A stretch of DNA of 64,000 bases, taken from Adineta vaga (taxonomy: Eukaryota > Animalia > Rotifera). Positions 1 through 12,977 of this stretch are shown piece by piece; position 1 is the stretch's first letter, and each line of letters starts with the position of its first letter. Where the stretch lies: the NCBI GenBank assembly GCA_021613535.1, contig CP075492.1:5270001-5334000 (forward strand), given 5' to 3'. A model generated the notes under the pieces. The model saw only the letters and a list, made by a program, of their open reading frames with translations, made no database searches and was not told where the DNA came from. The translations under genes and the position numbers were made by a program.

Positions 1-2038
1 TTGTTTGTTTTGAACAAACGATTGATCTATTTAATTCAATAGTATCATTCGATGTATTAAATTCTTTAAATAATTTATTCATTGCTTGAGAAAATTCATA
101 TTTAGTAAAATCTATATATAATAATTGACCAATAAGAAATAATAACCATCCATCAGGTTTATAATGTTTTTGCAATAGAATTGGAATAATTTTTCGTTGA
201 CATTGAAATGCATAATGTGCTTCTGCTCGACAATAATTACTCTTTCGATATTGTTCACTAATGCAAAGAATAATAATATGTGATCGTTCAATTCCTTGTG
301 CCATTGCATCCATAACATTTCCATGCATTTGATCAAAATCAATCCATACACGATAATTTGCTTTGATTAATTCATTGTAAAGTTGTTGACAAAGAAGTTT
401 TTCTTTATGTGAATAACTAATCATAATATCAAATGTTTGATTATTATCATTGATATTTGATAATAAATGATTTTCATGATTAATTTCAAGATTCCAAAGA
501 ATTCCATGAATCACTTTTCTCATTTGTTCATCATGATTTTCTTTTTCAAAATGAGCAAGTTTCGACATAAATAAACTATTTGATCGAAGTTGCTGTTGAA
601 TATCAGAATTGAATGAAAATGTCCAAATAATATCCCATGTAATTGGATATTGATCACAAAGTTGAATAAAGAGAGAAATCTTATTTAAACTAGCTGCTTT
701 TTGTTGCATTGAATCATTTTTTGATAAACATTGAAAACCTTTGAGAAAATTAACAATATTCTTCTCGTTATAAGCAATGATTCTTTTCTACATACCTCTT
801 AGCATATAGACAATCGGTACTCTTCTGAAATTGTTTGGCGATTGATTTAGAGCTCCTTCAAGAGAATGAAAACAACAACTACTAATGTGATCAGCTATTT
901 TCATATGTTTTAATTGATCATCTGTAAGTGTTTCACCAAGAATATTATATGCACTTAAACAAATCTCAGTATTTTGCGATGTTTCAGCCATAAGTACAAT
1001 TGTTTCTCGTACTGTTGCATTTGAACGAAAGAACCAATTGATATTCAATCTTTGTACGATTAATATAAAAAGCATTAAAGATGAATGTAATAGAATTGTT
1101 TCACCATTCGAGCGATGTGGTTTGATTTGTTTATGAAATGGTTTATAAGATAATAGTTGTATGAGATCTTGTACATGATCACAAGTGACTTGTTCGTTAG
1201 GAAAAATCATTTTTATTGGTTTTTCAATTTGTCCATCCCACCAACAGCATCCAACAATGAAAGCAATTAGATGTGCAATACAATCCAGCTGTCCATTATT
1301 CCATGATGCAACAGTATGACAATGTGTACGAATCATTCGTAAATAATCATCGGAAAGATAATCGATCATTTCCTCTGCATTATATGGGAAATTGTGAGTT
1401 TTAGAAACCAAATAAGTATATGAATAAAATGAACATGTTTTGACATAGAATAACATTTTTGATGTAAACAAAGATGATTTATTGATATGTGGTTGATGAA
1501 GTTCAGTTAGATAGAATTTGTATTGTTTATTCATGACATATGTGTTGACAATATGTTGACCAATATGATCGACAATAGATATAGTATTGTAATTGGGATT
1601 TTCAAAGAGAAAATATGAATGATTATTGAATAATAAACTAATTATAGTTATATAAGAATTATTATCATCATCATCATCAATATTTTGATCGATTTGAGTG
1701 AACATATCATTGATTTGAGGAATAGTCATAGAAAAAATAAGATGAACTTTTATGTCAATGTCGATACTATCGTTGAAAATCATTATTTGATCAAAATTTG
1801 CAAGTGCATTAAAATATTCTCGATAAGAAGATTCATGAATCCACGAATGAGAATCTTGACTTAATAATTGCCATGACCATTGATGTAAATCAAGTAATGA
1901 TTGAAATGATTGAGAGATGCATGCAGATAATGTTTCGTCTGTTTGTAATTGAAGGAAACGTGTAATTTGTTGTATTGTATCAATAGATATTGAAGATGTA
2001 CATAGTGTAGTAATCAGTGATTCTAATGTCTTGTCCAT
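1..2038 (-). CDS. ARM/helical-repeat plus TIR-domain protein, 3' end beyond window; exons 2038-796 and 738-<1
   Basis: GT-AG intron 795-739 joins ORF 788..2038 to an open frame encoding FDIMISYSHKEK...VWIDFDQMHGNVMDAMAQGIERS...YRKSNYCRAEAHYA...PDGWL (TIR_2-like motifs, catalytic-position Glu present). Confidence 0.85.
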
Positions 2039-2389
2039 TAGAATTTATGCGTCTTCTCAAAAACAAGTTTGTGTAAGTGAAGCTTGAGATTATAAAGATA
2101 AGATCAAAAGAGATTAGTTTTAACCATATTATAAATAAGACAACAAAATTTAAATGTTAATTCGAGCTTTTGAGAGAGAATATTATGCATATACTTTGTT
2201 GTTAGTAATTTTACATTTACTTTATTCTTCCAGATGTTTGATTTAGAAAAGAAAAATATCAACACACTCACTCTATCATTCGTATACATTCACAGATACC
2301 ATCTTAAGCAAATATCAAAAAAAGAAGCGATATTATTAGCGACAACAAAGAAATAATAAACGAATTGAATCAACACTATCAACATCATT

Positions 2390-3371
2390 AATTTAAGTCT
2401 ATCCTTGAGAAGTTCAATCAACATACGATCTTCAAGAGCAGCACGACGACAATATTCGTAGACAAGATCATGTGCAGTTTGACGACCCGTCTTTGCACCA
2501 AGACCCATCATAACTGCTTCGGATACAATGAGACCTTTTGTCAAATTCAAGTTACGACGCATGTTCTTAGGATGAACTTGTAGACCAACCATTAACGACT
2601 TGCTTTGATTTAATGCACCAGCTGTAAGAATAAAAGCTTCTGGGAGAACGATCCATTTTAAAAAGAAAAGAAGAACATCACTATGGATTAACTTTATTTG
2701 GCATGATAGAACTCGATCCACGATGAGGAAGATAGGGTTCGGAAACTTCACCAATTTCAGTTTGCATCATCAACTAAATTATAATGGAAAAAAATAGAAA
2801 AATATAACTGATTTCTTTTCTCTTATTGTATATACCTTTATATCTGTCGCATTCTTCGATAAAGTACCGCATAGAATACCGAGAAATGCACCCACTTCAG
2901 CAATACGATCACGCTCTGTATGCCATGCAATTTCTGGTTGAGCTAATTGCAGTTCACGTGCTAGTTCTGCTTGACATTTCAATGCTACATTGCTGTCTAA
3001 AGTAGCAAGAGTGCCAGCAGCTCCTCCAAATTCCAAAGTCAATACACGTTTTCGAATTTCTCCAATACGTTCTTTATGTCGTTGAAAAGTTGCTAGAAGA
3101 CGTGCCATCTTGAAGTCAAAGCTGATGGGTACAGCTTATTGTAATTTGCTACGACCAGCCACTAGAAAATAAATCATATACTTAAAGAAATACCAATACT
3201 ATCAGACACAGAAACTTACTAGGTGTCAAACGATGATCTTCAGTCAACTTAGCAACACTATTCATGATAGAAACAAGTGTATTATAACTATTTCTTATAT
3301 CTATACGTACGACGCATAGCAGCAGTACCAAAGATATCCTTGAAGATGTGAGAATTGACAATCGAAGCCAT
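2390..3371 (-). pseudogene. 3-carboxy-cis,cis-muconate cycloisomerase (PcaB)/adenylosuccinate-lyase-like pseudogene, fumarate lyase superfamily
   Basis: N-terminus MASIVNSHIFKDIFGTAAMR; AGRSKLQ*AVPISFDFKMARL with in-frame TAA at 3138-3136; EFGGAAGTLA; WHTERD; signature GSSSIMPNKVNP followed directly by TAG; GRQTAHDLVY. Expected internal segments are missing; spliceosomal introns present. Confidence 0.8.
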
Positions 3372-3585
3372 AATGGTAACAAAACACGTTTAGTGTAGAG
3401 CAGTGAAAGGTGATTTGAGTACGGAGTAGAACAATCAATCATACGAAATATAACATCGAATGAAAAAAAAATGCAATTGAGTTGTGTATGACATCTATTG
3501 AAATCACTTTCTCGTATCAGAATCGTTCTGTACAATACACTATTCAAATTCGAAGATTGGACTCAGAGATTAAATCTCTATTGTT

Positions 3586-4668
3586 ATGTGTTATCATCAA
3601 AACTTGTTAATAATGATGAGTTTTGAATCACTACCAAATGAATTATTGATTGAATGTTTTCAATATCTCAATGGTCCATATTTATTCTATTCATTTGATC
3701 AACTGAACATTCGTTTTTTCAATTTAATTCGAAGTATTCCATTACATATCAATTTCTCACAAATGGAAAAATCTATATTTGATAAATTTGAACAGATAAT
3801 TACATCCGATGCTCAATTAAAACAAAAGATCATCTCTTTAAAACTATCCAACAATGAAGCATATGGCAAAATCGGAGATTTTCTTTCATCTTTTCCTTTA
3901 CGTGACTTTATCCATCTACGATCATTAGCATTAATTAATTTAGACGAAAAAGATATTCAAGAGCATTTAATACCAATGTTATCATTATTATCTAATTTAT
4001 ATTACTTTTCATTTACTGATGAAAGAGATTTATCTGGATATGTTTATGATCCTACAAGTTTATTCAGTTATTTCAGATTTCAACCGTTAGAAATCCTATC
4101 GTCATTACCCAAATCAAACTTACGAAAATTATCCATTCCATATTTCGTTTTTAATGCAATATCTTTGAAAATCACATCATTGACAGTATCTGTTTGTAGT
4201 ATAGACGATTTATTTGAATTATTTCAATATGCACCATTATTAAAAGATGTCAAAATTCAACAATTAATTAAGTCCAAAAGTAGAAATGATTTGTCGAATG
4301 TTATGAATAAAATTAATACAATTTATGTAAAAGAACTCATTTTAGAAGAATCAATGATTAAATTTGATAAACTTGAATTGTTATTAGAGCATTTATCAAG
4401 TTTACAGAAACTCTCAATCTTTGTTCGAAATCAATCAGATATATTCGATGCCAATCGTTGGCAAACGCTGATTCAGTCCTCATTGAAACATTTATCGATT
4501 TTCAAATTTTGTTTCAAACATTTTGATCTCAAAACGTTCTCTGAAGTATTCAACCAATTTCAAACTGACTTTTGGCATAAAGAACATCAATGGTATACAG
4601 ATTATCGCTTATCATCAATTTATACCATTCCGTACTTTCGAGATCATTATGAATTCGATAATTTTTAA
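3586..4668 (+). CDS. F-box-like/LRR-like protein (lineage-expanded family), possibly prematurely terminated
   Basis: FESLPNELLIECFQYL F-box-like start and LxxLxL repeats; same frame continues after the TAA as ILSVYTEALTNDSSHYFRNVQSLEI to TGA at 4767. Confidence 0.7.
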   Translation: MCYHQNLLIMMSFESLPNELLIECFQYLNGPYLFYSFDQLNIRFFNLIRSIPLHINFSQMEKSIFDKFEQIITSDAQLKQKIISLKLSNNEAYGKIGDFLSSFPLRDFIHLRSLALINLDEKDIQEHLIPMLSLLSNLYYFSFTDERDLSGYVYDPTSLFSYFRFQPLEILSSLPKSNLRKLSIPYFVFNAISLKITSLTVSVCSIDDLFELFQYAPLLKDVKIQQLIKSKSRNDLSNVMNKINTIYVKELILEESMIKFDKLELLLEHLSSLQKLSIFVRNQSDIFDANRWQTLIQSSLKHLSIFKFCFKHFDLKTFSEVFNQFQTDFWHKEHQWYTDYRLSSIYTIPYFRDHYEFDNF

Positions 4669-4963
4669 ATATTGTCTGTTTACACTGAAGCGCTTACAAA
4701 TGATTCATCACATTATTTTCGAAATGTTCAAAGCTTAGAAATCTTAGAAAATCGTAATTACACCTGATTATAATATTGCAGAACAATCAAGAATTATCTT
4801 TGTAATCGCTGAATAAATCAATAGTATATTTTGTTTCATTTATTCCATCAATGATTAGTTTTTTCGTCTTTGTTTTAACATGAGAATTTTATAAAAAAAA
4901 AAGAATTTCGAAAGAGTGTCAAAAAATATCTGTACTCCCATCCATTAAAATGATATATAGTTT

Positions 4964-7900
4964 CTATTGACTTTCAATGGTATCAAAAATACCAAGCATA
5001 TTCAAATCAGAAATATCTGGATCAAAGTCCATTTTAGGAGTTGCTTTTCGTTCATGTTTTTGTTGAGTTCGAGATTTTTCCTTTTTTCGTTTCCAACGTA
5101 CAGTATATTCCATCGCCTGTTGTCTTAAATATAAATCTCCATTTTGTCTCAATAGGCGAAGAAGATTTTGACATTGTTCTCGATTTGAATTTGATTGATT
5201 TAAAAGATGATTTTTGAAGAATTCAAAAACGAATAATTCTCGCTTTTTTTCTTCAATAAACCATTGAACTAAATTCAATTTATCTTCAACTGTTAATTGT
5301 TGAATTAACGAACATGATTTGGATAAGACAGTACCTAATACTTTGACTATTCTTTCGAAATAATCTTCCGATAAATTCTCTTGAAATAATATTAACATCT
5401 CTTCAAGATCTTCTTTATTTTTTGCGATATTGATTAATAATTTACCAATAAGAGGAGCAAGCGTTTTGTCAAATTCAAGAATCATTAATGTCAATGAATG
5501 AAATGAAAGTTTTTTTTCGTCACTATATTGATACATTCGAGAAATAAGTTTAGTTAAAATACATTGAATTCGATGATATACTGGCAGATCATGTTGAGCA
5601 TCAAGACCATTTTCTTTTCCATCAATTTCTTCACGAAATGACATGAGTTTTTGCAAAACAGTTGCAATAATATCCACAGATGATCGAGCAATAGTAAGAT
5701 CAAAAGCCGCTCCCCATAAAGTATTTGCTTCTTTATTGAATTCAGTACATAATTGAATACTTTTTTCCATTAATTTTTGTGTATTACAATGTTCTGATTC
5801 AATATTTGTCCAAGCCCATAAACGTGCTTCCAATGATGTTGGATGATCTAAGATTTTAAATTGAATTCGATCAACAAATATTTGAAAAATCTTATTAGAA
5901 GTATCCATTAATTTCGATAATGGCCAACGAGAATTGCCTCGACTAGCTGAAAATAGACATTGAATAGCAGGAAGATAATCATCATTTGCTGCTTCTTCTA
6001 AAATCTTCCATACAGTTGTTTTTTCCTCTTCAGAATGTAATTTATCCATAAAATAAAGTAAAGTTAAAATAAGACAAGCACGAACATCTGGATGAAGTCG
6101 ACTATTCCACAGAGGTTCAATAACTGATGTGATTAAACTTGAATCCGATGTAAATTCAGTTAATAAACGAAGAATTTCTTTATTGGCTGTAATTCCTATA
6201 AAAAAATAATAGAACATTGAAAGACAAGTCTGTGTAGAATAATTGATTTTTAGATTTACCTAATTTTTGAAATTGTTCACTATGAATGAATTGCAAATAG
6301 TTTGTAAGAAAGATTTCTTCAGGTATTCGACGTAGAATACTTAACATTGCATCACTGATATATTTCGCATTTGATGCATTGATTTTCATCGTTAACAAAT
6401 TCATCTGTTTGACTAAATCTTCGAAAGTTAAATCAAATGTTATTGGTACACATAGTAAGATATGCTCCAATGGATCGATGTTGATTGAGTCGATAGAAGA
6501 ACTTTGTTTTTCATTGAACCATCGGAATGATTCATCGAAGACATGAGTAAAATTATGTAAAATACGTAATGCTTTGATTTTCTTCGGATTTGTTACATCT
6601 TTATCCTAATAAAATATTAGCAAATGATTTTTACGATAAAAAACAAACATATTCTTTACCAGAAGAAATTCATGTAGAATAATCTTTGAAATATGTCCTT
6701 GTTGGTTTCCTGTTAAATAACAAAATGCACTATTGAGAATATGAATATCTAATCCTGGATATTTGAGTTTATTTGTTTTGAATAGAAAGTTTGTTTGGTT
6801 ATTTGATAATTTATCGAATGTTAAACATTTGTCATCTTCAATCAATTGATCGATGATTTGTCGATATTGTTGAGAATACAAAGCAATTCGTTGAACTGTT
6901 TTATCAAGAAAGAAAAAAGTATCAAATTTTTCAATTAATTGTTTGACACGTTCGACTTTGGTTGAACGATTCTTTAAAAATGATGAGATAAGAAGTGAAT
7001 GTGCATCAATACAAAATGCCGATTGAAGTTTCGTTGATAGAGGAAGATGATTAAGAAAAAATGATTCAATAAATAAATCAATTGCTGGTATATATCGTGA
7101 TTTTCCTAAATAATATCTTAACATTTCAGTTAAGTCATTCAACATATGTTTCGATAGAAGTTTTGTGAACAATTCTGAGACAAGAATATCTGCTATACGC
7201 TGACATGTTTTTGGTTGAAATGAAGAAAATGATTCGAGATAGAAGCAAGTGCAATCAGATGATGCTAAGAATCTGAAAGACGGAATACATTCATCTAGTT
7301 TATATATGTATATTGATTTCTATATACTTACCGTTTAATTGTTTTAATAGCAAATGTTTGAATTGTCTCACGTTGATCTTGGTTTGGATGTGATTCGACA
7401 CGTTGAAGTAACAATGAACTATAATTAGCGATAGTATTTAAACTAATATTGATTTGTGGGAAACGCTTAAGGACAAGTTCAATAATAGATTCTAATAGAT
7501 CGAAATTCTTTGGCATGAATTCCAATTGAAATTGATTATCATAATTTGGTAATGTACGTAGAAATGTTTCGATAACATTGAATCGTTCATTTGTAAATCG
7601 ATTTTGAATCCATTGAAACACTTTAGTCACTTGTTCGATATCATTTGTTGCAACGGCACATTGAAAGAAAAGAATATAAAATTGTTCACGTTGATTTGGA
7701 TTTGAACTTATTTGATTGAATAATGTAAGAAATTGATTGAAGACTTCTTCAGTCATGAATTGATAACGAAGTAATGAAAGATGTTGTTTATTTGAAAGAT
7801 TTTTGTTTTTATGATATTCAGATATTAGATGAACAGAAAGTGGTGTTGTTAGTTCAGCATATTCTCCAAATAATTCCAATGTTTTTTCATCACCTTCTTT

Positions 7901-9103
7901 CAATAATTCTTCGATAAATTTATCTTTACCAATACGTTCGTTTATAACAATATCAATTAACCATTTTCGACGTTTTCGAAGACTAGAAAGTCCTATGTGA
8001 TGTTTACACCCTGAAGCATATATTGAAGAAGACGAATAGTATGATCGGTTGACCAATGACATGTATCATATAATGCATAAAATAGACGGATGTAATGTTC
8101 GAGAGAAAATGAACGAGGAAAGATTAACGAGTCAAGATCGTATGGTTTGTCTTCCCAAAGTGTTTGATATTTAATTGTACCTTTGCATACTGATGATGCT
8201 ATAATTGTAATCAATTCAATCATTTCATCAGGTGCTTTTTTGAAGAAATATTTTTGTTGACATTGAATAACATGTGGTAATGATCTTTGATGATTTTCTA
8301 ATTGATTGAGATATTCAATTGTCAAACGACACATTTCTTTGGCATCTTTTTCTGCCAATAAGGATAAGATTTCATTATTATGTTGGAAATATTTCAAGAA
8401 TTTTTCAGGATTAGTTTTTTTCGTTTGTAAATCAGTTCGAATTAAATGAAAAACAGCTTCATATTGATAGAAGATCAATTTCGAACGTAGTAACGACGGC
8501 AAACGAAGTTGTTCGATACTTGTTATTGACCATCGAGAGAAAAGATTAATAGTTTGTTCTTTCGAACAAAATTGTATTAAATGGCTATTGATTTGGCATG
8601 TTTCATTTAATCGACAAGCAAGATTGTAGAAGAATGTTGACGATTTGTGAATACAATCGATTTGATGGAGAGATTTCAATATCCGAGTTTTAAATCTAAA
8701 TATGCAAAAGTTTATACTTTTTCTGTCATACACGAGAAATTTACCGTTGAGGATTGTTCTTATCAAGTATTGTATTGACAGCAAAGTCAAAGATTAATTG
8801 TTCATTCGTTTGAATTTTTAACCAAGCTTTTGCAGCAATGATTCGTTGTCCTATTGGATAGGAATCTGTTTTGAATATATGTAATAAATTGTTTTCATTT
8901 TTAGTCAATTTGGATATCAATACAAAAGTTTGTAAATCTTCATATGATCTGGATTGCTTTACATATTGTTCGATTTCAGTTTTATTTGATAAAGATCGAA
9001 GAAATTTAAGTCTATCTAACCATGTACCATTAATTTTCAATAATTCGTATTTCTCACTTGTACACACCATTTTACGATTAAACTGTTTCTGCGTTCGTAA
9101 CAT
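4964..9103 (-). CDS. Large alpha-helical (HEAT/ARM-like) protein of unknown function, about 1300 aa, multi-exon
   Basis: Exons 9103-8745, 8695-~7995 (frame change), ~7992-7332, 7272-6660, 6605-6260, 6196-4964, joined by GT-AG introns that keep frame; motifs KLGITANKEILRLL and LWNSRLHPDVRACLI. Confidence 0.7.
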
Positions 9104-9534
9104 GTGGAAAAGTGGTTAAAGTTTTTATCTATAATGAAATTACATAGAGAACGATAACGTCATTATGATTTCTTCGTAAAAACAATTTTGTTTTTGTTAT
9201 TTCACAATCATATGAAAAGTGTTTTGCCTCTGACGAGTGCAAAGATCATTGTGAAACATAGACAACAAGGCATAAATCTAGTTTTTGCACCTAGACACAA
9301 AATAAGATTGATCAAGAAATAAAGAGTTTAATTTCAGTCATTTCTTACCTACTGATAGGTCATTGATATAAAGATGAATTATTGTTTAATATAATTTAAT
9401 ACATAATACATAATCAAGAAAATCTATTTGATAACAGATGTTTTTCTTCTCACTATGGTCATATACGCATTGTTTTAATGAATTGCAGTATCATACACAT
9501 ATAAGCATTTCATCAAAAAAATACAAGAAGAAGA

Positions 9535-10977
9535 ATGATGCAAGCAGTTTATTTCCTATCTTTCAATGTGCTCATGTAAGTTCTAATGATCGAAACATTT
9601 TGTCTTCTTTTGAAATAATATATTTTCATTATTTTTAGTTCTTTAGGTAAATGTTACTTTAGATTTTGTTCTCATTTATTTATTGTTTTTCAATCTATTA
9701 AGTAACATTCATTAGTGCTCAGACATGTCACAATGCAACGGAATACAGTTCATGTTCATCGAATAGTGCATGTGGTTGTCTAATGTCAGCACATACAGAT
9801 AATGATGGTATATGTTCTTATCTGTATGTTGCATGTTCTGAATTGAATGGATGTGCTGCCGATAATCGGACATGTTTCGAATCGGATCATACATGTTTAA
9901 AACATCCACGTTGTGGTGCAAATCCATTATGTTTACCAAATGATATGATTAGTCAAACATTTTGTCCGCCAATGTCATCGTCTACAAGTAGGAAATGATA
10001 TTATAATTTCGTTTATGTTTTAACTATACGTCTACTTAGGTGATCCTTCGTTACCTCATGATGGGATATGTGCAAAATCTAAATGGAAACGTGATGGAAT
10101 TATTGTAGCAGAAGGAGGAGACGGATCTGATTCAGATCAAGTTTCTCCTAGTGCGTTATTTGTTGATAATGATGATGCCATCTATGTTGCAGATCGTTTA
10201 CAACAAAGAATACTGAAGTGGATACCAGGTGCTACGCATGGTGCACTTGTCGCTGGTGGCAATGGAAAAGGTAATGACAATGATCAATTTGAATATGTGA
10301 CAAAACTTGTTGTTGATAAGAACGGAACAATGTTTATTTGTGATCGTTACAATCGACGTGTACAGCGATGGTTTAAAAATGAAAATCATGGAGAAACAAT
10401 TCTTGATGATATTTTATGTAATGGATTAGCCTTAGATGATGAAGGATCATTGTATATATCGGACTCAGCATATGATAGAGTGAGAAAATGGCCAAGTAAT
10501 GAAACTGTTGCCGGTGGACATATGAATGGATTTGGTTTAGAACAATTAAACGATCCACAATATATATTCGTTGATCGCTATAAATCAGTCTATATAGCAG
10601 ATAATTTTAATTATCGTGTAGTTAAATGGTCTGTTGGTGATAAAGAAGGTGTTATTGTAGCTGGTGGTAATGAACAAGGTGTTGGCAGAAATCAATTCAT
10701 GGCACCAAGATCAGTCGTTGTTGATGATTCGGGTACTGTTTATGTTCTTGATTATGGCAATGATCGAGTAACACGTTGGTTCCTAAAATCACCATCAGGG
10801 ATTATTATCCTTGGTCGACCAAGTTTTGGAGATCCCGATGATACATCTGTCATTTATCGTCCGACTGATATGACCATTGATCGACATGGAAACTTATACG
10901 TTATCGATGATTCAAATGAACGTATCTTGAAATTTCTTATTGATAAAAGTGCGTGTGTTACAAGCAAGTTTCTCTAG
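9535..10977 (+). CDS. Secreted NHL-repeat beta-propeller protein with N-terminal Cys-rich module; exons 9535-9575, 9639-9646, 9703-9987, 10040-10977
   Basis: Spliced signal peptide MMQAVYFLSFNVLISLVTFISA, Cys-rich CSSNSACGCL...C..HPRC module, then NHL repeats (QLNDPQYIFVD, YVLDYGNDRV). Confidence 0.8.
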
Positions 10978-11241
10978 ATTGATAATACCAGTATGCGCGC
11001 TACTCAAATGATCCATTTGAATAAACAAAATAAAGAATAATATCTAACAAGATTTTCGAATATAAATCACTCTCATCTGCACTCACTTCGTACTCATATA
11101 TCATCATCTTCCGTCGCGTCATATCATTCTAAAATTTTCTTCAACATATAGAGTCATGATGGTATGCTATAAGCAACTTTTATTAATATTATTAAATAGT
11201 CACTGCAATATAATAACTGAAAAATATCAAATTATAGGAAT

Positions 11242-12977
11242 TCAGTTTGTAGTATTGGATTTTATCCATTTGATGTATACCGTGTTTAAACGATCATAGT
11301 ATATTTTGTATAAGAAGAGACGTCTGAATAAATATATTACTGAAATAATGGCTACTATGCGTAGAAGAAGTGGGCAAATAAGGAGCAAAAATTGAAGCTG
11401 TTTATAATGCACAATGATAAAGATGGATATGGGATGTATCTCGTCGGATACTGTTGACGTAAATGGTTGATAATTATTACCGAAAAACCATTTTGTTAGT
11501 CGGTAATAAACTCGAGCGGGACTTGCTATTTGATGAAGAAAATCATGTGGTGCATGTAATCTAAAGGAAGAAGAAAAAAAAGATGAAATAAAATAGTTAT
11601 GACTATCTGTCGTATTAACAAGGCAGTGTAAGTAGATGTTGAAATGTTGTTAACTGTCAAATAGCCACTTAGTGTAATCGGAGAATAATATCCAGTACGT
11701 TCAGAATAGATCAATTTTGCGAGACTTATTGATCGACCAGCTACAATTAATTGATGTTCAAGTGTCACTTCTGATGCAGATAAAATACTAATTTTCTTGT
11801 TGTATTTTGTGTTGGTAATAAGTATATAGTGTGAATCCGATAGACTGATTTCATGTCCTTCAATCGATGTGAATGTAAAAAAATTGACTAAAAAAGACGA
11901 TTTCTTGGACATTTTGTTAAATTTGAAATTTTACAAACGTGATATATTCGGTCCTGCATGTGGAATGATCATAATTTCATCTTCAACAAACTCTTGATCA
12001 TCAAGGTTAAATGTCCAAATTCGATCCCCAGCTTTTAAATTTCGTATTTGACGTTGTCCTCCTTCCACTAGATTGACATAATCGTCGCCAAAATAGCAAG
12101 CTACATTCAATATGTAAAGTTGATAGGAACATAAAGTAGAAAATGTTTGTCTTACCGGTTGTAGTTGTCGTTGGTAGTGTTGTTGTTACTATGGAATGAA
12201 TATGTAAAAATTGTTTATTGTATACTTGAATTAACAAATCTATTCACTGTGACTGAACAACACTGCTTAAATATTAAACTACATATACCTCATCTCGTTC
12301 ATAGAATTTACTCTTGAAATAAGATCTGTTATTTATGTGTCGAGTAACAAAAGAATTATCAACAGAACCTTAATTCTATCAAATATCTATAATTAAAATA
12401 TACTTACAAGTAGTAGTTGTACTACTACTAGTCGAGCTCGTAGTTATTGTAGTACTAGTCGACGTAGTTGAACTCGTACTTGTGATTGAAGTAGTAGCAG
12501 TACTAGTTGTAATTGTAGTAGTTGTTAATGTGGTGATGGTAGTCGTTGTTAATGTGGTGATGGTAGTCGTTGTAGTAGTCGTCGATGTTGTAGCTATCAA
12601 TAAAGGTAAAGAAATATAAAAAAAACAGTCATAAATGTGAACTAAATCATCTATGCTTTTATTTTCGTATTTTAAGATTATCACGATCTTAAAGTCTTAC
12701 TTGTCACCGTTGTTATTGTTGATTGGTTGTCATTATTTGGTTGTTTTCCAGTAACGAAAAAAACAACAGTCATGATGGTAGCAAAGACTATAGCTGCAAC
12801 TATCGCAGCAATAATTATTGCAACACAGGGACATTCTAGACATGAGCATCCTGCTGCAGATCTTCGTCTGCTAGAAATAAATTGAATAATAAATGTAGTA
12901 GAAAATAAAAGAACTAACTTTTGATTGTTGTCATTCGTTGTATTTTCTTCTCGAATATAGTATAGTTTTGGATCCAT
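11242..12977 (-). CDS. Hedgehog-related Hog (Hint + SRR) protein with N-terminal TM anchor, Thr-rich stalk and C-terminal TM; about 7 exons
   Basis: TM CVAIIIAAIVAAIVFATIMTVVFFV; poly-Thr exons; Hint starts A-CYFGDDYVNLVEGGQRQIRNLKAGDRIW (Cys codon 12098-12096); ISLSDSHYI; GYYSPITLSGYLTVNNISTS; SRR-like HDFLHQIASPARVY...EIHP; hydrophobic tail. Start codon is uncertain. Confidence 0.8.
12521..12568. repeat. Perfect 2 x 24-nt tandem duplication inside the Thr-rich exon
   Basis: gttgttaatgtggtgatggtagtc occurs twice in tandem. Confidence 0.85.

Noticed and set aside
112-351. 79-aa ORF and similar short ORFs (e.g. 8871, 14342, 16920, 17454, 23783, 27005, 35466, 45516, 47495, 54763, 61437)
   Set aside because: Off-frame or antisense shadows of real exons.
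11560-12100. True intein or canonical hedgehog gene
   Set aside because: No C-terminal His-Asn/Cys splice junction or homing endonuclease, and no Hedge domain; it is a Hog-type Hint.
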